32,569 nt of DNA, from positions 1-32,569 of the forward strand of contig JASJQH010006957.1 of the NCBI GenBank assembly GCA_040143965.1, in the 5' to 3' direction. Under the pieces are notes generated by a model. The model had not been told where the DNA came from. It worked only from the letters and a program-made list of their open reading frames with translations, and made no database searches. The position numbers and the translations under genes were made by a program. This DNA is from Basidiobolus ranarum. Its lineage: Eukaryota. This document shows positions 1-14,271 of the stretch, in pieces (position 1 is the stretch's first letter; each line of letters opens with the position of its first letter).

Positions 1-7
1 ACAGTAA

Positions 8-80
8 GGGGCGTTGGCCTAATGGATAAGGCATCAGACTTCGGATCTGGGGATTGTGGGTTCGAGTCCCATGCGCCTCG
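8..80 (+). tRNA. tRNA-Arg, anticodon TCG (copy 1)
   Basis: 73-nt cloverleaf: acceptor GGGGCGT/GCGCCTC, D stem GCCT/AGGC, anticodon arm TCAGA-CTTCGGA-TCTGG, T arm GTGGG-TTCGAGT-CCCAT. No intron; followed by TTTT. Confidence 0.97.
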
Positions 81-542
81 TTTTGGTCAACCTTACTTTA
101 GTTTGAGTACTCTAGATATTAGAACAGGGCATGTATTTTAATGACCATCAAATTACCAAACTTTTGTAGCGCACTCACCAGAGTATTATGAAGGTAATTG
201 TAAAATACGAAAGGATGCCCAAATTGAAGTACTCACGCAGATTCTAGTTTTGATCAAACAATCGATAATTGGATTCACAGCTAACGAGTAGAATAGTGCA
301 ACTATGATAGCCATTATTCTCTATTACTTCATTCCATACACATAAAGTCAATAATTCAAATATTTATTTTGACTCGTATACCTTACTCTTGCAACTGGTC
401 AGCCTAAATCGGTTAATGATTTTGACTTACTTTAATTCAGCTTCCATTTGTGCAAGGTGTTCAGCAGTATAAAGAAACTTGACCAATATTATGGCTTGAA
501 TCACCAAAGAGAATTTCTAGTTGCCTTCTTCGGTGTTGTAAG

Positions 543-872
543 TGTTGAAATTGGCATAGCCTAAATATATATAGAGTCATATATAGCTTAGTATTTAGTT
601 ATTCCTTATTTCACTAGGATATCACTCACTATTCTCGAGAGGGATTTACTTGGAAGTTCTCAGATATAAAGATTTTTCAAACTTGCGCTAGAAGCCCCAA
701 ACTTTGCACACATGTTCCTGGGATCTTCTTTAACACATTTTACACGTTAGTTTGTTTACATCTTGACAAAACTATAAATGTCAACTTTCTACTCAATAAA
801 TCAATAAGTGAGAACCACCAATTCTTCTAGTTCTCCAAACCACTACAAACAAACTCCCAAAATACCTCAACA
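543..872 (+). mobile_element. Solo LTR, family A (copy A1, 330 bp)
   Basis: Ends TGTTGA...TCAACA. Flanks GTAAG/GCAAG (5-bp TSD with 1 mismatch). TATAAA at 773 then AATAAA at 795. Aligns with two inverted copies at 13251 and 13675. Confidence 0.85.
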
Positions 873-995
873 GCAAGGACATAAATATAAATCAATTAGA
901 TAACACACTATATGCATCGATGAATACAAGATCCTTCCTATTACTATAGCCAGCACAATGCAACATTGTGATATTAGTGAAAATGAAGACAAGAA

Positions 996-1068
996 TCATT
1001 GTTGGCTAAATAAAAGAGGTATTAGACTTCGGATATGATGAATGTAGATGCGAGTTCCATGCATTTCG
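996..1068 (+). pseudogene. Decayed tRNA-Arg(TCG) relic
   Basis: Ungapped alignment to the intact tRNA gives 49/73 identities (hand count). AGACTTCGGAT anticodon region is retained; acceptor stem and B box are disrupted. Confidence 0.85.
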
Positions 1069-1598
1069 TTGCTACCCTGAGCATCCTTAGCAATTAAGTA
1101 ATTAATAATGATCATGGAACAACGCGACATCAATTTGATATTATCGGTGAACCCAGGTTTCATAACCTCAATTTCTTGTTCAATATGTATACCTGGTTTA
1201 ATAATTTGTAGGCACCTCCTTGAGGCGTTCTATGCGTAGAACTAAGGTATTAGAGTTTCGAAAATCCGCCCTGTTAATCGACCCGTTATATCAGAAATGG
1301 ATATACTTAAACCATCTATCTTTAGAAATACTATTAGAACTAACTATTCCCTTTACACTCGATTTCTTTTTGCAAAAAGAATGTATCAACAACGGTTAGG
1401 GAAGACATAAAACTTGAATATACTAGTTGCAGTAACACAAGTTAAAGTAGAAGAGCAGAAGAATATATTTTCATCTAAAGTGTTCAGTGTTTTATTCAAA
1501 GCCTGGTTTTCCAAAATCAGTGTTAATTGGGTTGGTTGATACAGAAATGCTATATTGCACTTTGCAAAGTACACGCTTCAGTGTCCTACGGCTATAGA

Positions 1599-2082
1599 TT
1601 AATATTCTTGAGGATTAAATATAGTGATGAAGTAATAGTCCGGATCTATTGAAGTAAACCGTACAATTAGTGAATTATTCTATTAAACAAAAAGACACAC
1701 TTTTAAGCTATACATACTAGGAGCAATCATAATCTCATGTTTCTTTGTACGGACACGAAGGAATGTGACTTCGTTCTAGAATACGAGCAATTTAATTAAA
1801 GTTTAGCCTAGATTCAGAATGTTTTAATGTATACCTGGGGATCAATTTCCTGTACTGTTGATTTGGCCATGTTCACCAAGTTAGTAAAAAGGGTGCTGTA
1901 TTGGTTAGTTAAAGTATTGTCAAGGGTGGAGCGAATGGATAAGCCTTCCTTGTTTACAATAACCACTCCTTTAACACCTTTGCGTGAAGCCAAACGCTTG
2001 AGATGCTCATCTACCTCTGACTTGAAAAAGTTTGTATGTTAATTAGTGATAACAGGAATGTGTTTATGACCAAGTTTACCAT
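1599..2082 (-). CDS. DYNLRB: Dynein light chain Roadblock/LC7 (97 aa, 4 exons)
   Basis: Exons 2082-2080 (ATG only), 2020-1835, 1775-1718, 1645-1599, all GT-AG. Translation MSEVDEHLKRLASRKGVKGVVIVNKEGLSIRSTLDNTLTNQYSTLFTNLVNMAKSTVQEIDPQNEVTFLRVRTKKHEIMIAPNPDYYFITIFNPQEY matches the Roadblock consensus. Not in the ORF track. Confidence 0.93.
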
Positions 2083-2785
2083 TTTTCGTTGATAAGTAAA
2101 GGTTAAGTCAAAAGCATATATCATGAGCTTATACTTTTTATTAATCTTGGAATTGACGTAGGTAAGCTCCTTAATCCATACACCGATTAATGATTGATTT
2201 AACCGTTTGACTGAGTTTAGTACATGTATGCATTGAAACATCAGAATATGATAACAAAATGAAGTTGTAACTAATGTAACCATAATTAGTGGAGATAAGT
2301 CAAATGGTTTATGCTTACTTCATTAGCACATTGCTAGTATTTTATTTAGTATCTAACTCATTGAACAACAATAGATGCTCTCAATACTTTTTATTCCCGA
2401 AGACGTTCTGTATGATAACGCTAAGTCAAACAATATTTTGATCGTTGATTTTATCATTTGCTTATTTCCAATATATGCTTGTCAATCCAGAACCGTACTC
2501 TAATGCCAAACCCGACTACAATTTTCTTTGTCCATATCTCTGTTCTAGTCCTATGAAGGAAGAGTAAGGCGCCTTTCCCTCCTCTTAAATGGGATCTGCA
2601 ATGGATGTTATCAAGTTAATGATCGCCGCAATAATTTACAGCCAAACAAATTAATGGAATTTCAGTAGGAAAAATCATCGATAAATACAACTTGGAAAAA
2701 AAGGTAAACAAATAGATATATTCCATCAATATCATATTGAACAAATGCCACTTTAGACTTGTTTCATTATCACTTTCTTACATAC

Positions 2786-6292
<3,507 letters not shown>

Positions 6293-6839
6293 ACCTTTAA
6301 ATTAGTACATTATTGTATACGGATAATTTCCATTTTATAATCTTAACCAAATATACTTGTATAGTCCATTTCCTAATTTTTATGTATGATGTACCTTTTA
6401 GCATGCCAAATTGCGCTAGTACTGATTCGTGTACGTTCTTTGAAATAAATCAATCAAACTTCACAAAGCTGACTATAGTTCAACGCGCTGTTCTTGTGAT
6501 AATTGTTGATTGACATTACAGATGAATGCTCAAACATGATGACTGATTGGTTAAGACCAACAATTCAAATCAAGTCAAAACAAATGGATGGATGAGATTT
6601 GTTTTTGTTTATAGTTTAACAATCCACAGTCTCACAAACTCTGCGTCTGTTGATTCTTGAATTCTTTTATTTCGTGTTTTCTTCGGGCTTCACTTAACGT
6701 CCGAGTAGTTACTTGATAGCTCTTACAGTTCTAAATTACTCTAAAGTTATCGTACTTTCAAGTTGTTTATTCAACCCTTCACTCCTTTTACTTTTAACCT
6801 TTATTTTATCCAGCTTTTTCCTTTTTCGAAGTTTCGAAA

Positions 6840-8948
6840 ATGCCTTCTTCTCCACTTAGTACCCCAAGGAGGATGACCATTCATTCACCATTTAAAACCC
6901 CACATTCTCTGAAAAGAGGTTTTAATGATGATGCCTCCGAACGCGATTTACGCAGAAAATCGCTAATGGAATCCGTGAAACGACGCAGATCAGAGCTCTT
7001 TACTCCCAGAAGACGTATCTCCATGCTTGAAGGTTCCCCAAAGCAAACTCCCCGCAGAACACCTGGAACGCCAAATAGAAGATTGACCAACTTAGTGAGC
7101 AGCCCTTTGCCCGTAGCTCAGATGCTTTCAGCAGAGGAGATCAGTCATCGCTACGAAGAATGGATGAAAATCGCCGCTGATAATAAGATTAACACTAACA
7201 ATACCTGGGACTTTGCTCTTATTGATTTCTTCTACGATATGTCTCTGTTGAAAGAGGGCGAATCAGTGAATTTTCAAAAAGCCTCATGCACCCTTGACGG
7301 TTGTGTTAAAATTTACACATCTAGAGTTGACTCTGTAGCTTCAGAGACAGGTAAACTTCTGAATGGATTGGCTGAAAGTATCGATACCAAGTCTAGAGGA
7401 TCCTTCGATGATGAAGATGGAGGTAAAAGGGCAAAGAAGTCATCTAGAAGTGAGAATACCTTGGCAAAGGATTTCACTTCCTTAACTTTAAAGCAATTTG
7501 ATCTGGAGTTTTCGGTTGATCCGTTATTCAAAAAAACATCGGCTGATTTCGATGAAGGAGGTGCTCGCGGTCTTCTATTAAATCACCTTAGCATTCACAA
7601 TAATGGCAAAATCATCTTCGATGCCAGTGACGCCGCGCCATTTGAGAATGAAGATACTGAACCGGATGAAGAAGATTCTGATATCGACATAGGCAAATTG
7701 AAAGATAAATTCTTTGATAACTTTGATGACTTCTTGAGTCGTGACGTTTGCCCTTCTTTACAAAGCTTTGAATTGACTTCTGATACTTCTCCGGATATTG
7801 CTGCTCTCAAGAAAGTTATTGAAGACTTTACCGAAAATGAGTTCTACGATGACCAAAATGATGGCGATGATTATGATGATGATGATGACAACGATGATAA
7901 CAATACTCCATTCTTCGGTCATGACAACAATGACGATTTTGGACCAAACAACTTTGAAGATGGTGAAGATGATGTACGTACCACGGACCAAGCAAATCAG
8001 AACATGTTTAATGTGGATTTCGTACCCATGGCTAACGGTGGAGATGATGTATATTCTTACTTTGATTCTGCTTTCATGAAGAATTGGGCTGGTCCTGAGC
8101 ATTGGAAACTTCAACGTGCCCCGAAAGACAAGGTCGAGATTGCTGGAGAAAATCAAAAAAAGAAAACTGAAAAGCAGCAATTCCAGATTGACTTTATAAA
8201 CTCTGATGATATTGATGAAAAGAAATTGTTTGCCCCCACAAATAATACTACCTTAGCAAAGCCTTCCGAGAAGACAGCCGCCAAGACACTACTTCCAGAT
8301 GATATGCATTTCTCTTCAAAAAATCTACTTAGTCTATTTACGAAGCCTCAGGTCTCTATGATAACCAAGAAAAGACCAGCCTTTGATGATAATGGAGAGT
8401 ACGAAGGCGCCGTCTTTGGAGACGAGAATAACATGTTTGAAATCGGAAATAATAACGGAGCCGAAAGTCAAGCTGAAACTCAAGTTTCGTCTAATTTCTA
8501 TAACGATGCAGTTGATGACAATAATGATGACGACGATGACGACGACGGTTTACCTTTCCCCGATGTTTACGATGGCGTTGATTTTGGTGAACAATTGGTT
8601 GCTCAACCAAAGTTGATCAAACCAGAGTTCTTGAACTATGCCAAAACTGCCAAGAAGGTAGATGTGAAGAAACTCAAAGACAACATTTGGAAAGAACTAG
8701 TGGCAGACGAATCCAATGAAGCCTCAGACACAGAGGATCTGGAAGTACGAAAGGTAGAGGGAACGCAAAAGTTCACCGATGTCATTACCAACTTAAAGCA
8801 AGTTTATCCAGAAAAGAAGATGCAAGATATCTCTGTGTCTTTCTGCTTTATTTGCTTACTACATTTAGCAAATGAGAAAAACTTGGATATTTCAAACGAT
8901 GAAGCTTTGGGTGACTTGATTGTAAAGCAAAATGATGACTTGGCTTAG
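6840..8948 (+). CDS. BRN1: Condensin kleisin subunit (barren/Brn1/Cnd2/CAP-H), 702 aa, intronless
   Basis: Motifs NKINTNNTWDFALID, NFQKASCTLDGCVKIYTSRVDSV, DPLFKKTSADFDEGGARGLLLNHL, NWAGPEHWK and FICLLHLANEKNL. Confidence 0.96.
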   Translation: MPSSPLSTPRRMTIHSPFKTPHSLKRGFNDDASERDLRRKSLMESVKRRRSELFTPRRRISMLEGSPKQTPRRTPGTPNRRLTNLVSSPLPVAQMLSAEEISHRYEEWMKIAADNKINTNNTWDFALIDFFYDMSLLKEGESVNFQKASCTLDGCVKIYTSRVDSVASETGKLLNGLAESIDTKSRGSFDDEDGGKRAKKSSRSENTLAKDFTSLTLKQFDLEFSVDPLFKKTSADFDEGGARGLLLNHLSIHNNGKIIFDASDAAPFENEDTEPDEEDSDIDIGKLKDKFFDNFDDFLSRDVCPSLQSFELTSDTSPDIAALKKVIEDFTENEFYDDQNDGDDYDDDDDNDDNNTPFFGHDNNDDFGPNNFEDGEDDVRTTDQANQNMFNVDFVPMANGGDDVYSYFDSAFMKNWAGPEHWKLQRAPKDKVEIAGENQKKKTEKQQFQIDFINSDDIDEKKLFAPTNNTTLAKPSEKTAAKTLLPDDMHFSSKNLLSLFTKPQVSMITKKRPAFDDNGEYEGAVFGDENNMFEIGNNNGAESQAETQVSSNFYNDAVDDNNDDDDDDDGLPFPDVYDGVDFGEQLVAQPKLIKPEFLNYAKTAKKVDVKKLKDNIWKELVADESNEASDTEDLEVRKVEGTQKFTDVITNLKQVYPEKKMQDISVSFCFICLLHLANEKNLDISNDEALGDLIVKQNDDLA

Positions 8949-9479
8949 CGGTTGAGCTGACAATTCAATTAGATTTTATACCTTATCAAGTTTATTTCAT
9001 GTATCTTAGAAATTTTCGTCTAAATTTTGTGACTTCACTTTCCGTGTAATCTTTTGTTTACGGTTTAGTTTAACTTTCTGTTGTTCTAGGCATTTTGGAA
9101 ATGTACATTTCATTTAGTTTTTAAATAAATTATCAACACATTAAAACTAGAAATATGAGTAGTTGGTGCTTGCTATAATCATGAATACTAACTAAGAAAC
9201 ATACTAAGCCAGGATCTCTACTGATTTTCTCGAAACATCTAAACGTAGGGTCAATACTATTTGTTGTTGCTACCCTTGTTGTTTGTGTTCAGAAATTGAT
9301 CGTTTATTCTCTATTGGGATTGACTTCCAGAGTCTAAAATTCGTCGTCGTTACCTCCTCTCTAAGAAAGCTTTGGAAAAAGGTAAAAAAATGATATCACG
9401 TCATATAGGAATTTTCTCTAATATAACATAGTGTAAGGCATTATTTTAACGTTGTTTTATCCTATCCAGCCTATTAAAA

Positions 9480-9805
<326 letters not shown>

Positions 9806-10036
9806 CTACTTAATCCTACTAATGCAGCCATATACCAAAATCATATCTAGTACTGTAATTAATAAAGTACCTATTTTTTTCTTACATAAGTTCTTGAATT
9901 CCTTATTTTTACTTCCAACACTAGGTTAACTGAATAACTTTCAAAGGTATTTCGAGAGCTGTGATTTAAGCCAATACTTCATAAAGTTTAAGACACAACC
10001 GCTTTCTAATATGCACTAGAATATGGGCAAGCAACG

Positions 10037-10108
10037 CAGATCTTATGGAGCTCAGGCCCACAACCCTCATATTTGTAATCTGATACATTGATATCAGCAA
10101 ACGTCACC
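10037..10108 (-). pseudogene. Decayed tRNA-Arg relic
   Basis: Aligns to the reverse complement of the intact tRNA (31/50 identities over the first 50 nt, e.g. CCCACAACCC and TCTGATAC). Anticodon loop is mutated. Confidence 0.65.
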
Positions 10109-10639
10109 TTAGTTTTTTTGATAAGACAATATGATGGCTTTAAATGTGTACCAAATAATTGACAATCCCTCTTATCACTAACCATTGTATTATAGATTAT
10201 ACACGCTTATATAGTCTTTGCAGAATTGTCAAGTGAAAGAATGTTTGCTTGCCCGTGTTAGTTTTTCACTAAAGGTATTGAGCTACTATGTTAACCCTAA
10301 TATGAAACTGATGGTATCAAATATGTAATAGAGTTTAATTTCTTGACAGTACAAATAAAACATTCTATGTAATATTAATCCTTAGACGCTTCCAAACATT
10401 TAAAGCAACAATCCAAATGCATAGAAGATTCTTAGGATGTGCAGAACCTGTAGCCAGCAACCCGAAAAATTTCTTAAAAGTATCTTGAAAGGTTAGAGAG
10501 TATTGGTTCTACTTCACCTCATAAAATCTTATGGCAGCCATATCAAAAGCATCGTGATAATGCTCACGGAGCAAGTTTCGAAGATTTATTCATGACAAAT
10601 TATTAATTTGCTAGAGTAAATATGCTAGGAAGATTTCAG

Positions 10640-10876
10640 TGTTGTTACCAGAAATAGGATAACAATGAAAATCCAAATTACGCACTAAAAGGAATGGTTC
10701 AGAGAACACACATTCTCAGAACTTGAATATCCTATATATATCAACGTATTAACATATGAATAAATTGAAGTTCTTAAGCTATTTATTTACAACTTATCTT
10801 TCGCTTCCAACATGCTTATTCCTCACACCCTCCGCACACGTAGGAATCCTGACTGCTATCTTATTGGTGAATAACA
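10640..10876 (+). mobile_element. Solo LTR-like element, family B (237 bp), immediately upstream of a tRNA gene
   Basis: Ends TGTTGTTACC...GGTGAATAACA with a perfect 5-bp TSD TTCAG (10635-10639 / 10877-10881). Internal TATA run near 10733 and AATAAA at 10759. Removing it restores the flank seen upstream of the tRNA at 12079. Confidence 0.8.
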
Positions 10877-10899
10877 TTCAGCTTTAATGAAAACAGTAA

Positions 10900-10972
10900 G
10901 GGGCGTTGGCCTAATGGATAAGGCATCAGACTTCGGATCTGGGGATTGTGGGTTCGAGTCCCATGCGCCTCG
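10900..10972 (+). tRNA. tRNA-Arg(TCG) copy 2
   Basis: Identical to copy 1; followed by TTTT. Confidence 0.97.
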
Positions 10973-11397
10973 TTTTGCTCTTCATTTCTGTTGGCAATAG
11001 AACTGGTTAGGATATGTGTAACATCCTGTCATTTTATTCAGTTCAGCGCGAAACGGTTCAATATAACCGCCGAGTAAGTACTTCAGAAGAGCACTAGTAG
11101 GAACAACATTGAGATGATATTCTTACATACAGATTTCTCGTGACACCAATGTCTAAAAAATTGTAGTATCGCTTATAGCGAAGTAAAATGATAGTTTTGG
11201 AAATATATACATAATATGGTTTTGTGTGAGTTTCTGTGTGCTTATTACTGGTATATTTGCACAGGTAAGATATCTGATACTTGGGCATTTACATTCGAGC
11301 TGCTGGAAGTAGATCTATTTATGTATTGATTGCTCTACCGTACTACACCAGATCCCGTTGACTTTTTCATCAGAAACTGAAGAGATAGCAGCAAAAA

Positions 11398-11470
11398 CGA
11401 GGCGCATGGGACTCGAACCCACAATCCCCAGATCCGAAGTCTGATGCCTTATCCATTAGGCCAACGCCCC
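11398..11470 (-). tRNA. tRNA-Arg(TCG) copy 3
   Basis: Reverse complement identical to copy 1; T5 terminator. Confidence 0.97.
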
Positions 11471-12078
11471 TTACTTGTGATAATAACCTCTGGATGTTGG
11501 TACCACTAATATTCCTTCACTGATATTTATTTGTTTTCCTTGCAAGCGCTATATCAGCTATACATATTTTTAAAACTCGATCACTTCACCATCACAAGTG
11601 TAGCCTTATAGAAGTCTTTTATTCACTAACTAGGTGAAAGGGTAATCAATAACCTGAGTATAGATCTCACTTCACATTTAGATACCTCCACATATTGGTT
11701 TCTCAACAACCAAAAATTCCACTGCTAGGCGATCAACAAAAGGATTCAATTATTAATATCAAGTATGTAAAAGAGTTTAAATTCTTGGCAACACCAATAA
11801 AACAGTCTCTGCAATGTTCATTGTTAGAGCCTTTTAGTTATATGAATTGCTACTTCAAATGCATAGGATGTTCTTGAGAAGTGCAGGACACGTAATCAGC
11901 AACTTGAAGAATACGTTAAAAGAATCTTCAAGAATAGGGAGTATTGGTGCTAATTCACCAGATAAAATTCAAATGGTAGTCATGAAGATCATATGGATAA
12001 TGCTATAAATGATAAGATATTGGGTAACTTCTCGGAACAAATATGGTAGGATGTTTCTGGCAGTTAAGAAAACAGCAA

Positions 12079-12151
12079 GGGGCGTTGGCCTAATGGATAA
12101 GGCATCAGACTTCGGATCTGGGGATTGTGGGTTCGAGTCCCATGCGTCTCG
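12079..12151 (+). tRNA. tRNA-Arg(TCG) copy 4 (C69T variant)
   Basis: One difference from copy 1 at 12147 (GCGTCTC), giving G4:U69; T5 terminator. Confidence 0.96.
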
Positions 12152-12380
12152 TTTTTGTTTCTGTTCTTTGTACAAAAGACAACACATGCTTATAAGTAGT
12201 AAATTCTGAAGTGGTTACATGATGCAAAATTAAGTTGCCCACTGTAGAGTTTTGTAAAATCGTAAGAAATTCGTTTCGTTGGATTCACAGCAACCGTCAA
12301 TTACTAGGCTATACCATTTCTTTCAATAGACATTATCGCCTTGTTTATTACAACAAAAATGATGACATGAGGTCCAAAAG

Positions 12381-12453
12381 CGAGGCGCATGGGACTCGAA
12401 CCCACAATCCCCAGATCCGAAGTCTGATGCCTTATCCATTAGGCCAACGCCCC
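12381..12453 (-). tRNA. tRNA-Arg(TCG) copy 5
   Basis: Reverse complement identical to copy 1; followed by CTTTT. Confidence 0.97.
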
Positions 12454-12655
12454 TTGCTGTGATTCTTGATTCCTGCATTTTACTACCATATTTTCTTCAG
12501 CGAGATACGCAATAATTTGTCATAATTTGAGTTCTCAAAACGTGCTCCGTAAGAATTATCAATATGCTTGTATCATGACTACCGCTTTGATTGAATTACG
12601 TGGAATAGTACCAGTGTTCATGTCATGAATATCTAACTCACCACATACTAAGTAT

Positions 12656-12684
12656 TATATGTATATGTATATATATATATATAT
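12656..12684. repeat. (TA)n microsatellite
   Basis: tatatgtatatgtatatatatatatatat. Confidence 0.85.
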
Positions 12685-13250
12685 TTGTTATTACCTCAAA
12701 TGATTGGATAGCTTTAACAACTAATATTACCGCTCCTCTTTTGTCAGTATTGACAAGAATTGGTTCACCTTAACATACTGGGTATGAATAATTTTATCCT
12801 TGAGTTAGTATCCTAGCGGAATACTGTTCGAGGTTAACAAAATATGATCATTGAAAGTGGCCTATATGCGGAGTTAGTACAATATCCTGTTCAATGAGCA
12901 CACTTTTTTTTCTGAATTATTGAATAAATGTCTTATCAATACTATACTAAATGTTCCAAATTCATGTCATGTGAAGCAACATAGTGTGAATAGTTGTTAA
13001 GTACACCTACACCTTATATTCCGCAACTTGCAAGGGTGGTTATTGTAAAAACATCTACTTCTTAACCTACCATTTCAGATGGCTAATCGCAAACATTTAT
13101 GTAACAGTTACACTTAGAATAGTCGTTTTTAAGTATTATACTAACTAGTAATATATTGTGAATAAATATACTGTATAGCACATAGCTGATTCCTTTGTTA
13201 TGCTCTGTTTGCAAATGTAAGTATGATTATACCTCATAGATATTACCCCC

Positions 13251-13601
13251 TGTTAGAGTATTTTGGGTGTTTGTTGAAGTGGTTTGGAGAACTAGAAGAA
13301 TTGGTGGTTCTCACTTATTGATTTATTGAGTAGAAAGTTGACATTTATAGTTTTGTCAAGAGGTAAACAAATAAACGTGTAGAATGTGTCAAGGAAGGTC
13401 CCAGGAACATGTGTGCAAAGTTTAGGGCCTCTAGAACAAGTTTAAAGAATATATACTTCTGAGAGCTTCTAAGTAAATTCCGATTGAAAATAGTGGGTGA
13501 TATCTTAGTGAAATATGGAATAACTAAATACTTAGCTATATATGACTCTATATATATTTAGGCTATATTATATAGATGTTTAGGCTATGCCAATTTCAAC
13601 A
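13251..13601 (-). mobile_element. Solo LTR, family A (copy A2)
   Basis: TGTTAG...TTTCAACA on the + strand, homologous to 543-872 inverted. Shares one flank (CTTAC...) with A1; the other flank (CCCCC) differs, so there is no TSD. Confidence 0.85.
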
Positions 13602-13674
13602 CTTACAACACCAAAGAAGGCAACTACAAAGTCTCTTTGGTGATTCAAGCCATAATATTTGTCAAGTTTCTTTA

Positions 13675-14022
13675 TGTTAAAGTATTTGGGAGCCTGTTGG
13701 AAGTGGTTTGGAGAATTACAGGAATTGGTGGTTTTCACTTATTTATTTATTGAATAGAAAGTTGACATTTATAGTTTTGTCAAGAGGTAAACAGATAAAC
13801 GTGTAGAATGTGTTAAGGAAGGTCCCAGGAACAAGTGTGCAAAGTTTGGGGCTTCTAGCACAAGTTTGAAAAATCTATTTGTCTGAGAACTTCTAAGTTG
13901 GTAAAAATATTCTAAGTAAATTCCTTATGAGAATAATGGATAATATCTTAGTGAATTATAAGAGAACTAAGTACTAAGCTATATATGACTATATAGGTGT
14001 TTAGGCAAAGCTAACTTCAACA
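13675..14022 (-). mobile_element. Solo LTR, family A (copy A3, 348 bp)
   Basis: TGTTAA...TTCAACA with a perfect TSD CTTTA (13670-13674 / 14023-14027). The empty site is preserved in the left arm (470-474, TAAAG). Confidence 0.92.
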
Positions 14023-14198
14023 CTTTATACTGCTGAACACCTTGAGTACTCCAATTTGGGCATCCTTTCGTATTTTACAATTACCTTCATAATACTCTGG
14101 TGAGTGCGATACAAAAGTTTGGTAATTTGATGGTCATTAAAATACATGCCCAATTCTAATATCTAGAGTACTCAAAACTAAAGTAAGGTTGACCAAAA

Positions 14199-14271
14199 CG
14201 AGGCGCATGGGACTCGAACCCACAATCCCCAGATCCGAAGTCTGATGCCTTATCCATTAGGCCAACGCCCC
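14199..14271 (-). tRNA. tRNA-Arg(TCG) copy 6
   Basis: Reverse complement identical to copy 1; shares its 3' flank with copy 1. Confidence 0.97.

Larger units (their letters stand above)
8..872 (+). repeat. Left arm of inverted duplication (partner 13251-14271)
   Basis: 81-235 and 453-872 match the reverse complement of 14043-14198, 14023-14044 and 13251-13674. About 218 bp (236-453) is absent from the right arm. Confidence 0.93.

Noticed and set aside
1222-1290. Possible third, highly decayed tRNA-Arg relic (gaggcgtt...taaggtattagagtttcgaa)
   Set aside because: Similarity is limited to the 5' half and needs gaps; cannot be separated from chance by eye.
1827-2042. 71-aa plus-strand ORF
   Set aside because: Antisense shadow of Roadblock exon 2.
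7758-8616. Met/Thr- or Ile-rich alternative-frame ORFs inside BRN1
   Set aside because: By-products of GAT/GAC/AAT repeats encoding the acidic Asp/Asn tracts.
11490-11708. TGTTGG starting 24 bp upstream of tRNA copy 3, a possible second tRNA-adjacent LTR
   Set aside because: No CA-ending terminus with a matching CTGGA TSD was found, and the segment loosely aligns with the ordinary upstream flank of copy 5.
11969-12462. ORFs of 66-75 aa overlapping tRNA copies 4 and 5
   Set aside because: These are translations through tRNA sequence with no recognisable protein similarity.
13220-13250. Primer-binding site or polypurine tract beside LTR A2
   Set aside because: No TGG-starting PBS, the G-run is on the wrong side for a PPT in the inferred orientation, and no gag/pol remnants are visible.
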